From the NCBI RefSeq assembly GCF_009914755.1, contig NC_060937.1: 64,000 bases of DNA. One strand, written 5' to 3'. The notes beneath the pieces were generated by a model. That model did no database searches and was not told where the DNA came from. It saw only the letters and a list, made by a program, of their open reading frames with translations. The position numbers and the translations under genes are program-made. The stretch's first letter is position 1. Each line of letters begins with the position of its first letter. Shown one piece after another: positions 17,801 through 32,928 of this stretch. The DNA is from the human T2T-CHM13v2.0 reference genome, Homo sapiens.

Positions 17801-18288
17801 AATCAACGTGTGAAAACAAAAAAGACATTTTCTGAGTTGACTTTGATCCTGTACTCAAATTGGCTTAGATATCCTTGCCTTTAAAGGCTTTGTATCCGCA
17901 ATAACTGCTCTCTATTGTCCTTGTTAATAAAGTATTATTTTCACCTTATTATTACTAATCTTTTCTTTGTAAGTAACCACACCTGGTTCTATCCAAAAAA
18001 AAAAAAAAGTGCCTAAGTATTTGCCCTTTGTGGTAATACAATGCATAATTTAGTTAATCTAGGCTATCTTTCCGTGAGAGGTGATTGTTTCTGTATTATG
18101 AAATGTGTTCACAGTAAAGCAAAATCCACGCCAGATACCTAGAGGCAGACGGAGAGCCACTTACCAAGCACGAAGCTGCTTCAAACTAACCCTGACGCGA
18201 CTGTATAGCCACTCCCACACACAAGGTATTACTCATGCCAACTTAGCCTCTGAGTTATAACCGCACCTTTCTTTTACAAACATGGCCC

Positions 18289-18294
18289 TTTATT
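18289..18294 (-). terminator. Candidate intronic poly(A) signal AATAAA overlapping an in-frame stop
   Basis: Minus strand reads TGTGTAATGTTAACT-TAATAAAGGG; TGTA element at 18305-18308. Confidence 0.55.
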
Positions 18295-18295
18295 A

Positions 18296-18565
<270 letters not shown>

Positions 18566-20288
18566 TCAAAACAATATTTTAAATGCATATGTATTTAATA
18601 TATTATTCATATGAAATAAGCCGCTGTCAGTGGTAAAGAAAAAGAAAATAGGACGATACCTAAAGAGAAACAAAAATATCATCAAATGGCAGCGGGCAGG
18701 GAGTTGAAATGTGGCCCTGATTTTAAAAGAATTAAGGGAAAAAAATCTTGTGACAGTATCAGGAAGGGTTGGTGGGTTCTAGAATGTTCCCTCCTTTTAA
18801 GACCCAATCTAGGACTTCCATCCAAGTGCAAAGTAGGTAGATGAACGTACAGAAATTGATCCTAATTATTTCACTAATTTTGCTTTATCAGAATTTCTTT
18901 TGCTAAGTGGTATATTTTTTATATAAACATAATGATAACCTCTGTATTTTTTTTTCCCCAGCCTGCTTGACTGTACCTCACATTTTTGGGGAAACTTGGG
19001 ATCCTATCATTTTCCAGGCTGTGAGTTTACTACTGGCAAACAAGTTGTCATTTTCAGATGTGCAAACAGTATGACAAAAACAGGCTTAGTCTTATCTAAG
19101 AACACAAGAGGAAATTATGCAGGAAAACAGAAATATTATTTAATGACTGAAGATCACTGCTTAGCATCGACTTTATTTCCCGTCAAGTAGAATCCAAGAA
19201 AACAGTATGTCATAAAGGCATCACAAACAGATCAAACCTGGTTTCTAATAAATATCTATTCTTTCAAATGATTTCCTTCAAAAAAATGGAAGCTATACAC
19301 ACATAGCCTACGTGGATGCAGGTGACCCCTGAGAAGTGTGTGTGTCTAGGCCTCTGAACTTCTTTTCTAATCAACGCTTCCGGAAGCCCTGCTTACAGAT
19401 GAGATGTGTGGCCTCCTAGGGTTTGTCAGGATTGACTTCGTCCTGGGGCCTTTATACCAGGCTGCAAGTGGACCATGAATGGTCAGAGGCTGTAGACGGA
19501 GCTGCCTCCCGCTGCTGGGGCTAATGCAGCCTCTGCAGTTCTCCTGAGGCATCCAGCTGGCCAAGAAGCACAGTGTGTACAAGTTGGAGCTGCACCTCAA
19601 TTTTCTTGTCTCAGGCTTCGGACACACAGACTCCAGAAAGCATCATTCAGTGACACCTTTGGCAGGCCCAGTGACAACTTTTCTGAGCCTCTAATAACAC
19701 CTCCTCTAGAGGGTTGTCCTAGGGATTAAACGGGCTCATGCCTGTTAAAAAAAAAAAAAAAAAGCCCAGGCACAACGCCAGGTACTTTTTCATGGCTGCT
19801 AGAAAACCAAAACCAAAAAGGTGCGATGATGACTATGACCCACAGGTTCTGCAGCATGCCACCGGGGAGGAAGCTCAACTTTTCAAATGCAGGTCCTGAT
19901 GCAGTGGCCCTGGGGAGGAGCTGGAGCCTGAATTTCCAACCAGCTTCCGGGGGCCCTTCTGCTGTTTGCCAGACCATGCTATGCAGGGCAAGAGGTCAGG
20001 CTATTATTTTATCAGCTATACTTAAGAAACATTAAAATTAAATGAGTATTTTTCCGACAGATACTTATGGATTTTGTTTGTCGTCCTTCTTGTTATTTTT
20101 TCTCATCTCAGTGTATCAATACCAATAAAAGGAAAATATAAGTTAAAAAATTTAAGACATAATTATTAAAATATGAATTATTTCTTAAGTGGAAAAGTTA
20201 ACATAGGCAATATTCAGAAACATTGCAAGTATGGTTCAGCTTTTAAAAAGTTGAAAGCAATATTCAAATTAAAAAAAAAAAAAAGATA

Positions 20289-20436
20289 GGCCAGGTATGG
20301 GGCTCACACCTATAATCCCAGTACTTCTGAAGGCAGAGGTGGGAGCATTGCTTGAGCTCAAGAGTTCAAGACCAGCCTGAGCAACATAGCGAGACCTCAT
20401 CTCTACAAAAAAGAAAAGAAGAAAAAAAGATAAAAA
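20289..20436 (+). mobile_element. FLAM/Alu left monomer
   Basis: Single arm plus A-rich tail. Confidence 0.88.
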
Positions 20437-20746
20437 GGCTACATAAATCATTAGTATGTGAAAACCAACCCTTTATCTTGACCATTTGGGAGCATCTTAA
20501 AATCTGAAAGACCCATGGTTGGAAAACAGCATAAAATACAAGGAAAACAAAAACAACTGAGAAAGCCCACCTCCTCACACAGCTACGCCAATAACTGAAC
20601 TGAATGTCAAAGATCAGCTGAAATCAAAACTCTTATCAACAATGATCTCAGTGTAGAAAGTATAAGATTAGAAGGTTCAATAGTTACTTCCTTGTTCTAA
20701 GAAACAATTCAAAGACTGGTGTTTGCAAAAAGAATAAAAGTTTTAA

Positions 20747-21058
<312 letters not shown>

Positions 21059-22229
21059 TAAACTGTCATAATCAGAGCTGTGATGTCAAGTTCACAGTCT
21101 CACAGTCATTTTCCCAGAGGTCTCCAAATCAAACACTTATGATAAATTCCCTCCATGCACATGCCACACCTCTTCATCCAAATGACATCTGGCCCCTGCT
21201 GGAGCATCTCCAGGGATGTCGAGAGAAGAGGAGTCACTGTTTCCTGAGGAGACCCAATCTATTTTCGGACTGTTCTGTTAGACAAGGCTTGCTTACATTA
21301 AACCGAATCTTGCCTTCCGGGAACATCCAATCGTTGCTGCTGATTCTGCCCTTACAACCATACAAAGTGAATCGAATTTCTCTTGACAGGGCAGCTCTTC
21401 AACTACTTGAAGAAAGTTAATCACAAGTTTTCCAGACTTCTCACAGGCACCTATCCCTTGGGTACCTCAATTATCTCTCATAACACACAGGGTCCCATGT
21501 TGGCCATTGCCTCAGCACATAGTCAGGTAGCCAGCCTCTCTGAATGCCTGGTAGCCAGGATTAAAATAAATACCCTAGGTATTATCTGCATATCTCAGGG
21601 TCAGGATATATCCCATGACTAAGCCCACAATCACAGTAAATTCTTTGAGCCAGACCACATTTTGGACTCACATTTAATGTAAATCCACATCACTCCAATC
21701 CTGCATGATGGCACAGGTAGATTTTTGGGAGCTGGACAATAAACAACTATTGAGTGCATCCCCACGGACCCCAAAATTCAATTTTATAAGAAGTATCTCA
21801 AGGCATTAATAAGTGCATCAAAGATGGTCAATGTGGCATTATTTGGTAAATCAGAAGCAGGAAACAACCGAAATGTCTGAAAAGGGTCTATATTAAGTTA
21901 TGAGCACACTAAAATTTTCCTCTGAGAGAGAGAGAGAGAGAAACCAAGCTCCTTTGAAGTCATAATATCACATACAGAGTCAGGTTGCTCCTAACTTTTT
22001 TCCACAACATAGAATATTATAAAAGGTGTTAATGAACTTTTTGTCAAAATACAAATTCATAAATGACTCTATTTTGCAAACTGATTCTAGAATCTAATCT
22101 GAAGTTAAAGTCACCTCCGGAATTCTGATACGTCTCCCATGACGAAGACTTCCCAATTCCCTTATAACCGTACTACAATTTAAAACTTGTAAGTTCCCAT
22201 GTCTACTGTGAGCCCCATTCTTTTTTGTA

Positions 22230-22610
22230 ACAAAAAAGTACACTTAAATATGAAAATATTGAGGCATATTTGCATTGATACATATTTTACGTCTCATAAA
22301 ACTCATCCATTTCAGGTATCCAATTCAATGAATTTTAGTAACTTTACTGAGTGATGCAGTCATTACCAAAAATAAGTTTCAAGACATTTTTATGCCCCCA
22401 CTAAGATCCCTCATGGCACTCACAGTGCCTCCCTATGCCCACCCCAGCCTCAAGCAACTACTTTCTGCCTCTTTGCTTTTTCAGTATCTTTCATGGAAAA
22501 GGAATCACACAATATGTGATCTCTTGTGTCTGGCTTCCTTCCCGTATCTCAAGATTTTGAGGTTCACCCATGATGTAGCATGTGCCACTCATTCCTTCCT
22601 GGTAAGCCCA
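22230..22610 (-). mobile_element. Old L1 (L1MB/ME) 3' fragment
   Basis: caattcaatgaattttagtaa, ggaatcacacaatatgtg, ggttcacccatgatgtagcatgt. Confidence 0.7.
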
Positions 22611-22774
22611 TTCTGTACCACAAAAATGGTCTTAGGTGCCACATCTGACCTTGAAGGTAAAAGTAGATGTGTTTAGTGAACTCTTCAATTTTGTAAACTT
22701 CTTTATAGGTATCCACACTTATAGCTTCACTGATGGTTCTGAAAACTAATACTTTTGATAAGAATTGGCCTTTG

Positions 22775-23077
22775 AGCCAGGCGCGGTGGCTCATGCCTAT
22801 AATCCCAGCACTTTGGGAGGCTGAGGCAGGTGGGTCACGAGGTCAGGAGTTCAAGACCGGCCTGGCCAAGATGGTGAAACCCTGTCTCTACTAAAACTAC
22901 AAAATACTTAGGTGGGCGTGGTGGTGGGCGCCTTTAATCCCAGGTACATGGGAAGCTGAGGCAGAGAATTGCTTGAGCTCGGGAGGCGGAGGTTGCCGTG
23001 AGCCAAGATGATGGATGCTACTGCACTCCAGGCTGGGCGACAGAACGAGACTCCGTCAAAAAAAAAAAAAAAAAAAA
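22775..23077 (+). mobile_element. Alu (Sg/Sc-like)
   Basis: Full dimer, TSD aagaattggcctt. Confidence 0.95.
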
Positions 23078-23639
23078 GAATTGGCCTTAGATATTCCTGC
23101 AGAGAATTGGAAGCCAGAAGTACAGAGAGAGGGTGGACCCTCAGGTACCCATAGTTGATGGTAGGTGGAGTGTGCAAAGGGCAAAGGTAGGATGGGGGAA
23201 CCACTATCTTGAGATGTGAGAAGTAGAATGTAAATGCAAGCAGTCTGTCCCAAAGAGCAGAGTCTATCAAATGGTGTCGAGAGAATTGACCTGTGCACTC
23301 CAGGTACAATGTGGTGCCACATGGCGGGGCACAGACTGGTCCAGAGTACAGGCTGTTGGGTGGAGCCTGGAGACAGTTGCTGGGCTGAAAAGGATGACAG
23401 CATCTATGACACTGTGATCTGGGAGGGGAGGAAGCCATTTGAGGGGATGGGCCAGCCTGGACATCCTGTATCACTCAGCTTAGACCAAAATGAGAACCAA
23501 ACAGGAGATCTAGAAGTCCAGTATTTCAGTATATCTCATCAGAACAGGCCATCAACATGGCAGAGGCTCACAGAAGGCATGAAAGAGAAAATGAGGCAGG
23601 GACAAGACATGAGGTACTTATCCTCCTCGGAGGCTCAGT

Positions 23640-23830
23640 AGCAACAGGACTCAACAATACAGGGCAACTCACCCAACCTATACTGACACTCAAATTCCTG
23701 ACCTATAAAATGGAGCTGATGATATTTGCCTGGACTACTTCACAGGGCCAAAGATCATGAGGATCAAAGAGATCATGATTATGAAGGGATCTTCTAAATT
23801 CTAGAGTAGCTCACATGGGTGAGACATTCT
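23640..23830 (+). mobile_element. MIR fragment
   Basis: ttcctgacctataaaatggag..atgaggatcaaagagat. Confidence 0.55.
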
Positions 23831-23910
23831 TTGTATTATTATTGTAGGATTATAGAGCTTAAATGGGTGCGAAGGATCCCCAGGGCTGATAACATTCAAA
23901 CTTTATGGGG

Positions 23911-24197
23911 TTTTTTTTTGTTTTTTTTTTTTTGAGAAAAGGTCTCACTCTGTTGCCCAGGTCAAGGCTCACTGGAGCCTTGACCTCCCTGGGCTCAACT
24001 GATCCTCCTGCCTCAGCCTCCCAAGTAGCTGGGACCTCTGGTGCACCACCATGCCTGGCTAATTTTTAAATTTTTTTGTAGAGATGAGGTTTTGCCATGT
24101 TGCCCAGGTTGGTCTCAAACTCTTGAGGCTCAAGCAATCTGCTCACCTCTGCCTCCCAAAGTGCTGGGAATACAGGCATGAGTCACAGCGCCCAGCC
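23911..24197 (-). mobile_element. Alu (J-type)
   Basis: Antisense dimer with J-like features. Confidence 0.92.
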
Positions 24198-25331
24198 TCA
24201 AACCTTGTCTTATGAAGATTCTGAGACTGCCTTGAAGAATCTTAAAGAATGAGACAGAGGATGAAGAGGAGGCCAAGCACACCCAACCCCAGACACCTCA
24301 TCTCCTCCCTTCTCTGCCCTTCCCCTCTCAAACATAGGGCCTTACATCCATTGGGACCTTCACATAGAGATTGCCTCTGAAGAAAGGTTTCTGCAGGCAA
24401 CAGAAATGTTCACAGCACTTTGTAGACCAAACTCCTCATGTTAGAGATGTGAAGACAAAAGCCAATCTTGCTCAAGGTGATGCAGTGTTTTCTAATGCGG
24501 TGGGAACTCTCTGCCAAGCCATTCTGGGATTTCCATAAGGCAGAGAGAAGAGGAATGAGAAACCCCACTCTTCAGGGCAACTTCCTTCAATATCCTTTGC
24601 TTCATCTTATTTTTTTCTAAGGATAAATCTGTTGACCATTTTTTCCTTTTTCTGATTCTCTTCTCGAACTTTGCTCACTTTCATTTCAAAGATTTCCTGT
24701 TTGCTTATACATCCCAAATCTTATCTGTACTCCTGATCTCCCAGCCCAGGGCTTACTCAGACACTCAGTTATCCTACAAAACATCTTACGCGTATCTAAA
24801 TAAACTAAACAGAATCCTTTGAAATTGACCCACAACAACCCACGCCTAACTTCTCAAACCCTACCTTAGATCTATGCCTAAACATACAGCATGAAAACTT
24901 GTAAGTAATTTTTGACTTATCTTTATTTTACATAATTACCAGCATGTCTTTACTTTTCATTTAAAATAACCTCATTTACATCCTTATTTATTCATCTGTC
25001 AAATCAAAGCTATTAAGTTTTTAGAAACAGTGAGGAAAGAAGAGGTAGAAGAGAGGTCTCTTCCTAACCTCCCCTCCATTCCTCCTGGCCGTGTGTCCCT
25101 GTTCCCATCAGGGGGCCTTCCCTCTCTTCCATCCACCTGTCATGAAGGTCCTCAGTCCCTGCTTGCCTCCACCTACCAGGATCTCAGCCTTCGCCCTTTC
25201 TCCTCCATGAAACTCTTGCTGACAAATGTAGCTCTCAGGAACCTGCCACTAATGCGAGTGCCTTTATACTGGACCGGCTACGGATAACTGTGCTGCTTTT
25301 CTCAGAAACCCTCCGCAAGCTAGGGAAGCTA

Positions 25332-25397
25332 ACCCCGACTCTACCAAAAATACAAAACTTAGCCGGGCATGGAGGCACATGCCTGTAGTCCCAGGAC
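25332..25397 (+). mobile_element. Short central Alu fragment
   Basis: ctctaccaaaaatacaaaacttagccgggcatgg..cctgtagtcccag. Confidence 0.8.
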
Positions 25398-25852
25398 TGT
25401 GTTGTGTTTTCAAAGTGTAGTTGTTTCTTGCCTTTTCATATAATTATGACATATTTTTGAAAAAGTAATTTCCAGGTTTTATTACATGACATGACAAATT
25501 GGAGAAAATGAGTTTCAAAAGTATGTATGTGTTCTTCCATTTTCTAATCAGATCCTTCTCATTTTTTTCCCCAACTGGAAGATGCTAGGTGAGACTGTCT
25601 ACACTAAGTGACTTATAAAAACCCAAATGGCTTCAAGGCAAAAGGCAACCTCATCATCTGTTTTCCACATCCAGCTTCAAGTTTTCCTTCCTCTGGGTAA
25701 CAATAATCTCTTACTTTGGACTCATTCCTTTCCTGCTGCTCACCCATCAGGTAAGACACCTATAATCACTCATCAGAACCTGCTAATTGGAATTAAAATT
25801 TTACTTGTTTCATGACTTAAAATTGATGCTTGTTTGATGTCGCTCTGGAGTG

Positions 25853-26150
25853 TTTTTTGTTTTTTTGCGGGGGACGAAGTCTCACTCTGTTGCCCAGGCT
25901 GAAGCACACTAGCACGATCTCGGCTCACCGCAACCTCCACTTCCCAGATCCAAGCAATTCTCCTGCTCAGCCTCTCAAGTAGCTGGGAATACAGACGTGC
26001 ACCGCCACACCCAGCAAATTTTTGTATTTTTAGTAGAGACGGGGTTTCACCATGTTGGCTGGGCTGGTCTCAAACTCCTGACCTCAGGTGACCTGCCCAC
26101 CTCAGCCTCCAAAGTGCTGGGATTACAGGCATGAGCCACCACACCCAGCC
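25853..26150 (-). mobile_element. Alu (S-type)
   Basis: Antisense dimer. Confidence 0.94.
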
Positions 26151-26871
26151 CTCTCTGAGTGTCTTATGATCACACTGGTAGCAGGTTAATAGATACATGT
26201 AAGTGAGCACAGCATGTAGAGTGACACAACCCGACATGAGCACACACGCAGGTGGCAGAAATAAGAAAGCACGGACCATGCCCAAGGCAGGCGGCAATGA
26301 GGAAGGCACAACAGCAGGGGGGCATCACCAGCTGGTGCGGGTTACCAGGGTGAGGCAGGGTCAGCCCTCATGGGAACAGGGCCTGAGAATTTGGAAAGAG
26401 GGAAGAGAATGTATTGATGAAGAATGTGGACTTTGATCAGGTGGAAGGAATGACATCCATCAGGACTGAGAGGCAGGAAAGGGTGACGGGATGACAAATA
26501 TTTGCCTAGTTGATGGGAAGAGCATGACCTAAGGTGTGCTGATAGGAGAGGACTTGGGTGTGGAATGGGAGTGGAAAAGGATCAGGTGTTGAGGGCCTCT
26601 GCTAAAAATTCCTTGTACTTATGGCTCTTCAAAGCCATATTTGTAAAGAGGAAGCATTTAGGAGGGGCACAAGTGCAGTTTGGAGAGATGGACGTTTTAC
26701 ACATTTGACTTTGGCTGGAGAAAGTAGTCCACAGAAGATACCCAAGAGATTGACTCGGCTTCTGCCTGTGTGTGCACAGACAGAGCCCACACTAACTCAT
26801 CCCGGTGCCTTCCTCACTGAGAGCAGGCAACTGGACAAGATTTTTTCCTGAGGGTCATCTTGGTTCATTCA

Positions 26872-27410
<539 letters not shown>

Positions 27411-27544
27411 CTAACCCAGACCATTTTCTTAAGGCACCAAATGAGGCACACAAACCTAGAAGAGTGAACTCAACACTGTGTTTGAAGACCACCCCACAGA
27501 GCACTAAATTAGTGCCAGAAACCACATACAGCACCTCAAAACTA

Positions 27545-27690
27545 TGACACAGATACTGTTCCCATTTTACAGAAGATACAGTGGAGGCTCAGAGACAGTA
27601 AGAAATTAATTCCAGGATGCCTGGCTGTCAGGCATCCAGGCTGTGACTCATACCCAGCTCCTGGAGGTTCAGAAAGGTGTGCTCATGTCA
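27545..27690 (-). mobile_element. MIR fragment
   Basis: cccattttacagaaga..gaggctcagaga. Confidence 0.65.
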
Positions 27691-28009
27691 ACACCTCCAT
27701 GACATCAAGCTACTTTACTGGACACATTTGCAAGTTCTATTAAATGTCTACTAATAAAAATTAGCCAATAAATTTCCAGGCAGGGCTGACACAAATGACG
27801 ATGGCCAAAGCAGCCGCTGACAGCCCAGGCCTCTTCTGATAGGCTACTGCCTGCTGTACTGGATGGTAAATACTTTGGCTATCACTCCTGCTTAGAAGGG
27901 TTTCAGGAACTCTCTCTTGGCTAATCATAATTAAAGTAAAACATTTAAAATAACTCCACCTCAAGATTAAATTACGCAAGTTACAGGAGGCCATAACTTG
28001 TAACAAGTA

Positions 28010-28038
28010 AATAAATGAATGAATGAATGAATGAATGA
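28010..28038. repeat. (GAAT)n
   Basis: Direct read; often an L2 tail remnant. Confidence 0.8.
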
Positions 28039-29196
28039 GGACATGCAGCCTAATAAAAGGCAGAATTAATTAGGAAAGTCCAGGGGCTCCAGTTCTACCT
28101 CATCCCAGACCTTAACATGCTGTGTGACCCAGGGCAAAGCCGAATCACTCATTGCCAGGAAGTATTGTAGGGGATTATCCTTGAAGCCATTGAAAACACC
28201 TGATAAATTGCCTCGGGAAACCATTTTGCTATAGCAGCTATGCATGCTTTGCTACAGCAAGTGATGATTATTTTACATTTGCTAAAAAGAAAAAAGTTAG
28301 GAAGACAGACCAGGCCATTTCCTTTACCCATGGATCTCAAGAATACACCAGGGAGGAGTGAACCTGGCCCAGCCTCACGTAGCATCCAGGAGGTACAGAT
28401 CCCTGGACAGCAACAGGTAGAATCTCTAGGACGACTGCTCTCAAACACTGCATGGCCAATGAATGCCACAGAGTGTTTTCGCTTGGAAATGCACATGTGT
28501 ACAGTTTGCATATGATTTCAGGGGATTCCTAAACCAGGAACCACAGGACAGCAGAGCTCTCATTAAGAACCTCTGATTCTAAGAGAGTAAGAAATCACCA
28601 ATCTCTTGACCTCTTCTGGGAATGTACCACTTTAATCCCTAAGACATAGTTTTTACTGCTCCAGTATCCTGTCACTGTCGTTTGCGGCTAAATGCTCATG
28701 GAATATCTCCAAAAGAATGACTATTGGAGGGGTAAAAACAAGGGCCTAGAAATACCAAGCGGTCTCCAAGAATGTGTTCCCACAGAGATGGTGGCAGCAA
28801 CGCATATTTATACAGCATTCACCTAGACAAGGAATTTCCACTTCCACAAAGGCAACTATCAAATTCAATCACTGAGATTACCTTGAATGGAAATTACCAG
28901 TCAGTGTGCAAAATCGGCTCTATCTCTAATCCACATACAAGTATATGTAATACTCAAAAATAGGACAGCAAAACATTCAGTGTGAGAACGTGACTGAACT
29001 TGAAGACAATGGGCCCTCCCACTACCCACCCTATGTAAAGCAACCAAAGGTGTGCTGGAAACAGATCAACCAACACCCAAATGTGATCGTCAGTTCCATC
29101 CCCGGCGCATCATTTTAATATCTGGGAACCGCCAACAGGTGTTACACCAAACTGTGTGCTAGGTTGTGTTCAATAAAAATGCATGAACTTTTGTTG

Positions 29197-29198
<2 letters not shown>

Positions 29199-29236
<38 letters not shown>
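29199..29236. repeat. (AT)n microsatellite
   Basis: Direct read. Confidence 0.97.
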
Positions 29237-29238
<2 letters not shown>

Positions 29239-29239
29239 C

Positions 29240-29587
29240 AAAATATATATATATTTAAGTACACCAAATATATATATTTATATATATTTAAGTACACCAT
29301 ATATATTTATATATATTTAAGTACACCAAATATATATATTTATATATATTTAAGTACACAAAATATATATATTTATATATATTTAAGTACACCAAATATA
29401 TATATTTATATATATTTAAGTACACCAAATATATATATTTATATATATTTAAGTACACCAAATATATATATTTATATATATTTAAGTACACCAAATATAT
29501 ATATTTATATATATTTAAGTACACCAAATATATATATTTATATATATTTAAGTACACCAAATATATATATATATTTAAGTACACCAT
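29240..29587. repeat. AT-rich minisatellite, 33-bp unit, 11 copies of core
   Basis: Unit tttaagtacaccaaatatatatatttatatata; aagtacac counted 11 times. Confidence 0.96.
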
Positions 29588-29779
29588 TAAAAAGCTAGGG
29601 GGGAAATTTAACCACTGAATTTCTTCTTTAAAAATTCAGATAAAATTTTAAGAACTAGAAATATTACTATGATTCTTATAATTCTACCTAAGCTGTCAGT
29701 TATAAACAGTTTAAGATACACATTACCTCTTAGTCAAACCATCATCTTCATCTTAGGGGGAATGTTCACCTATCCAAAC

Positions 29780-30510
<731 letters not shown>

Positions 30511-32462
30511 GGGAATGCGTAACATGTTTCAATTGTGAACTGAAGGAAACCTCAATAACTGTCACTGAACATGTTTAACACAGTCCAATAAATAACTTCA
30601 AAGGATTTCAACATGCAAAAAAAAAGCTTTACAAATTTATGCTATGAGTTGCCAAAACATTTTTTATATTCTAAGAAAAAGGTAAAATCCAGATTCTGTC
30701 TGAATTTTTGATCCTCAGGGATCTTCTGTGAGCTTTGGGCAGCCACAGAAGTTGGCCTTGGTAGTAGCAGGGAGTCCTGAGGGCTGAGCTGACCTCTCCA
30801 GCCCCATGCCTGTTCCTACATCAAATAACTTAATCAGAATACACACTGTTCTTAGATTTCTGTGGAGGTAATTAAATAACAATTCGATGCCAATTAATCA
30901 CAGTCAAATAAGAGTCTGTCAGAGAAGAACTCTATACACATTGGAGTCTATTTAATGGTCAAATACTTGGCAGGATCCTAGTTAAACAATGATTCATTAA
31001 ACCTCCTGTGCCACACAATGGCTAGGCTAAACTCAATGTGAAAGAATCGAAACTCTTTTGTTCTCCCATAAAAAGACATCAAATCTCTGTGCATGATATT
31101 CTTTTCTCCATTACTTAGCAGCCTGCTCAATTACATGATTCTGAATGTGTTCAGCTGCTCCTATGCACAGGGCGTCTGCAAGTCCTTGTTGGCTCTGAAC
31201 ATCATAGCTGTGCAACTCTTTCCTTCCCAACTGAAAAAGTAAAGAGCTGGACAGCTGACCACACCTACTTACAATATTTATTCACTCTGAGCAGGGAAAA
31301 ATCACAGACTCAGAACCTACCTTTCACCCCGAAGGAGAGGCAAGCTGTGGCCATTTCCCTAGACGCAGACGATTAACCACCCTAAAAACCCACCATCCGT
31401 ACAAGTTGTCAATCCAGCAAAAATCTGTTCAACATTTTTGGTTCCCTGAACCTACCTTATCAACTTGGTTCCTTTAAATTAAAAAGTCCCTTTTTAACAC
31501 AACTCCCCATGAAAACCTAGAGATCCATTTTAAGTTTGGCTGATAATTCCCAAAGACTTTTAATCATGGTTCTCAGAAGGACTCCATTACCTCCCTGGAA
31601 GTTCATTTCTTCCTATGGTGAAAGAATCAAGGAAAACGGCCTAGCTCTGTATTGCTGTGCGTTTTTGCCTACACTAGCAATATAAGCACCTCCAAAGTTT
31701 CACTAATGCTGTCATTTTTTAAAAGCATGATTTTGGCACTTCATTGTAGATTTGAATCTGAATGAGAGATCACGAAGTTGGCTGAAAATGGGTTCTTTGG
31801 GGTTAGCTTGCAGATGCTGTTGACGATTGCATTTACCTCTCTTTAAAGGACTCCTAGCCAGTTTGTTAAATGCATTCAAAAGTAAATTTAAAAAAACAAA
31901 TATTGCGTAATTATTAAAATATTATTTTACATGTTCATTGAAATTGAATAACCCAGATGGGTGCTTATTTTTACCTGGCACAAGTTTACTGGATAATTGC
32001 CAATCATATTAAAGCATAAAGGTAGCTAAAGCAAAAAACATAATGATATTTCTGATGTGTTCATTTGTACAGGAAGTTATCCATTTGTTGGTCTTTGTGT
32101 ATTATTTTTTCAGATGGACTGCAAATATAATGGACATGTTGTGGATATTCCAAATTCTCTTGTGGCATAGTACTGATTCAGGACTAAGGTTGTAGGCTAT
32201 TTGATGATATTCAATTTGCCAATATTATATCCTGCTATCCTATGAAAAATAAGTAAAACAAAAATGTATAATATAACTAAAATGGATAGTATTTCTCTTA
32301 TTTAAGAAAAAATACGTACTAGAAAACATTTGTAGAAGAAAAATGTTTCATGAAAAAAAATTTTTAAAGATGATTCAGCTTCCTTCCCAAATTAAATTTA
32401 TTATAATAGAGCAAAGCTATATATTATATGACATTGCTTTCAAGAAAAACTTAAGAATCTTA

Positions 32463-32928
<466 letters not shown>

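Noticed and set aside
22908-23641. 188-aa and 135-aa ORFs
   Set aside because: One runs into an Alu; neither resembles a known protein.
29164-29598. 144-aa ORF of [11 protein letters not shown] repeats, and a CRISPR-like periodic look
   Set aside because: It is the 33-bp minisatellite read in frame. The units are identical with no unique spacers, and the DNA is primate.
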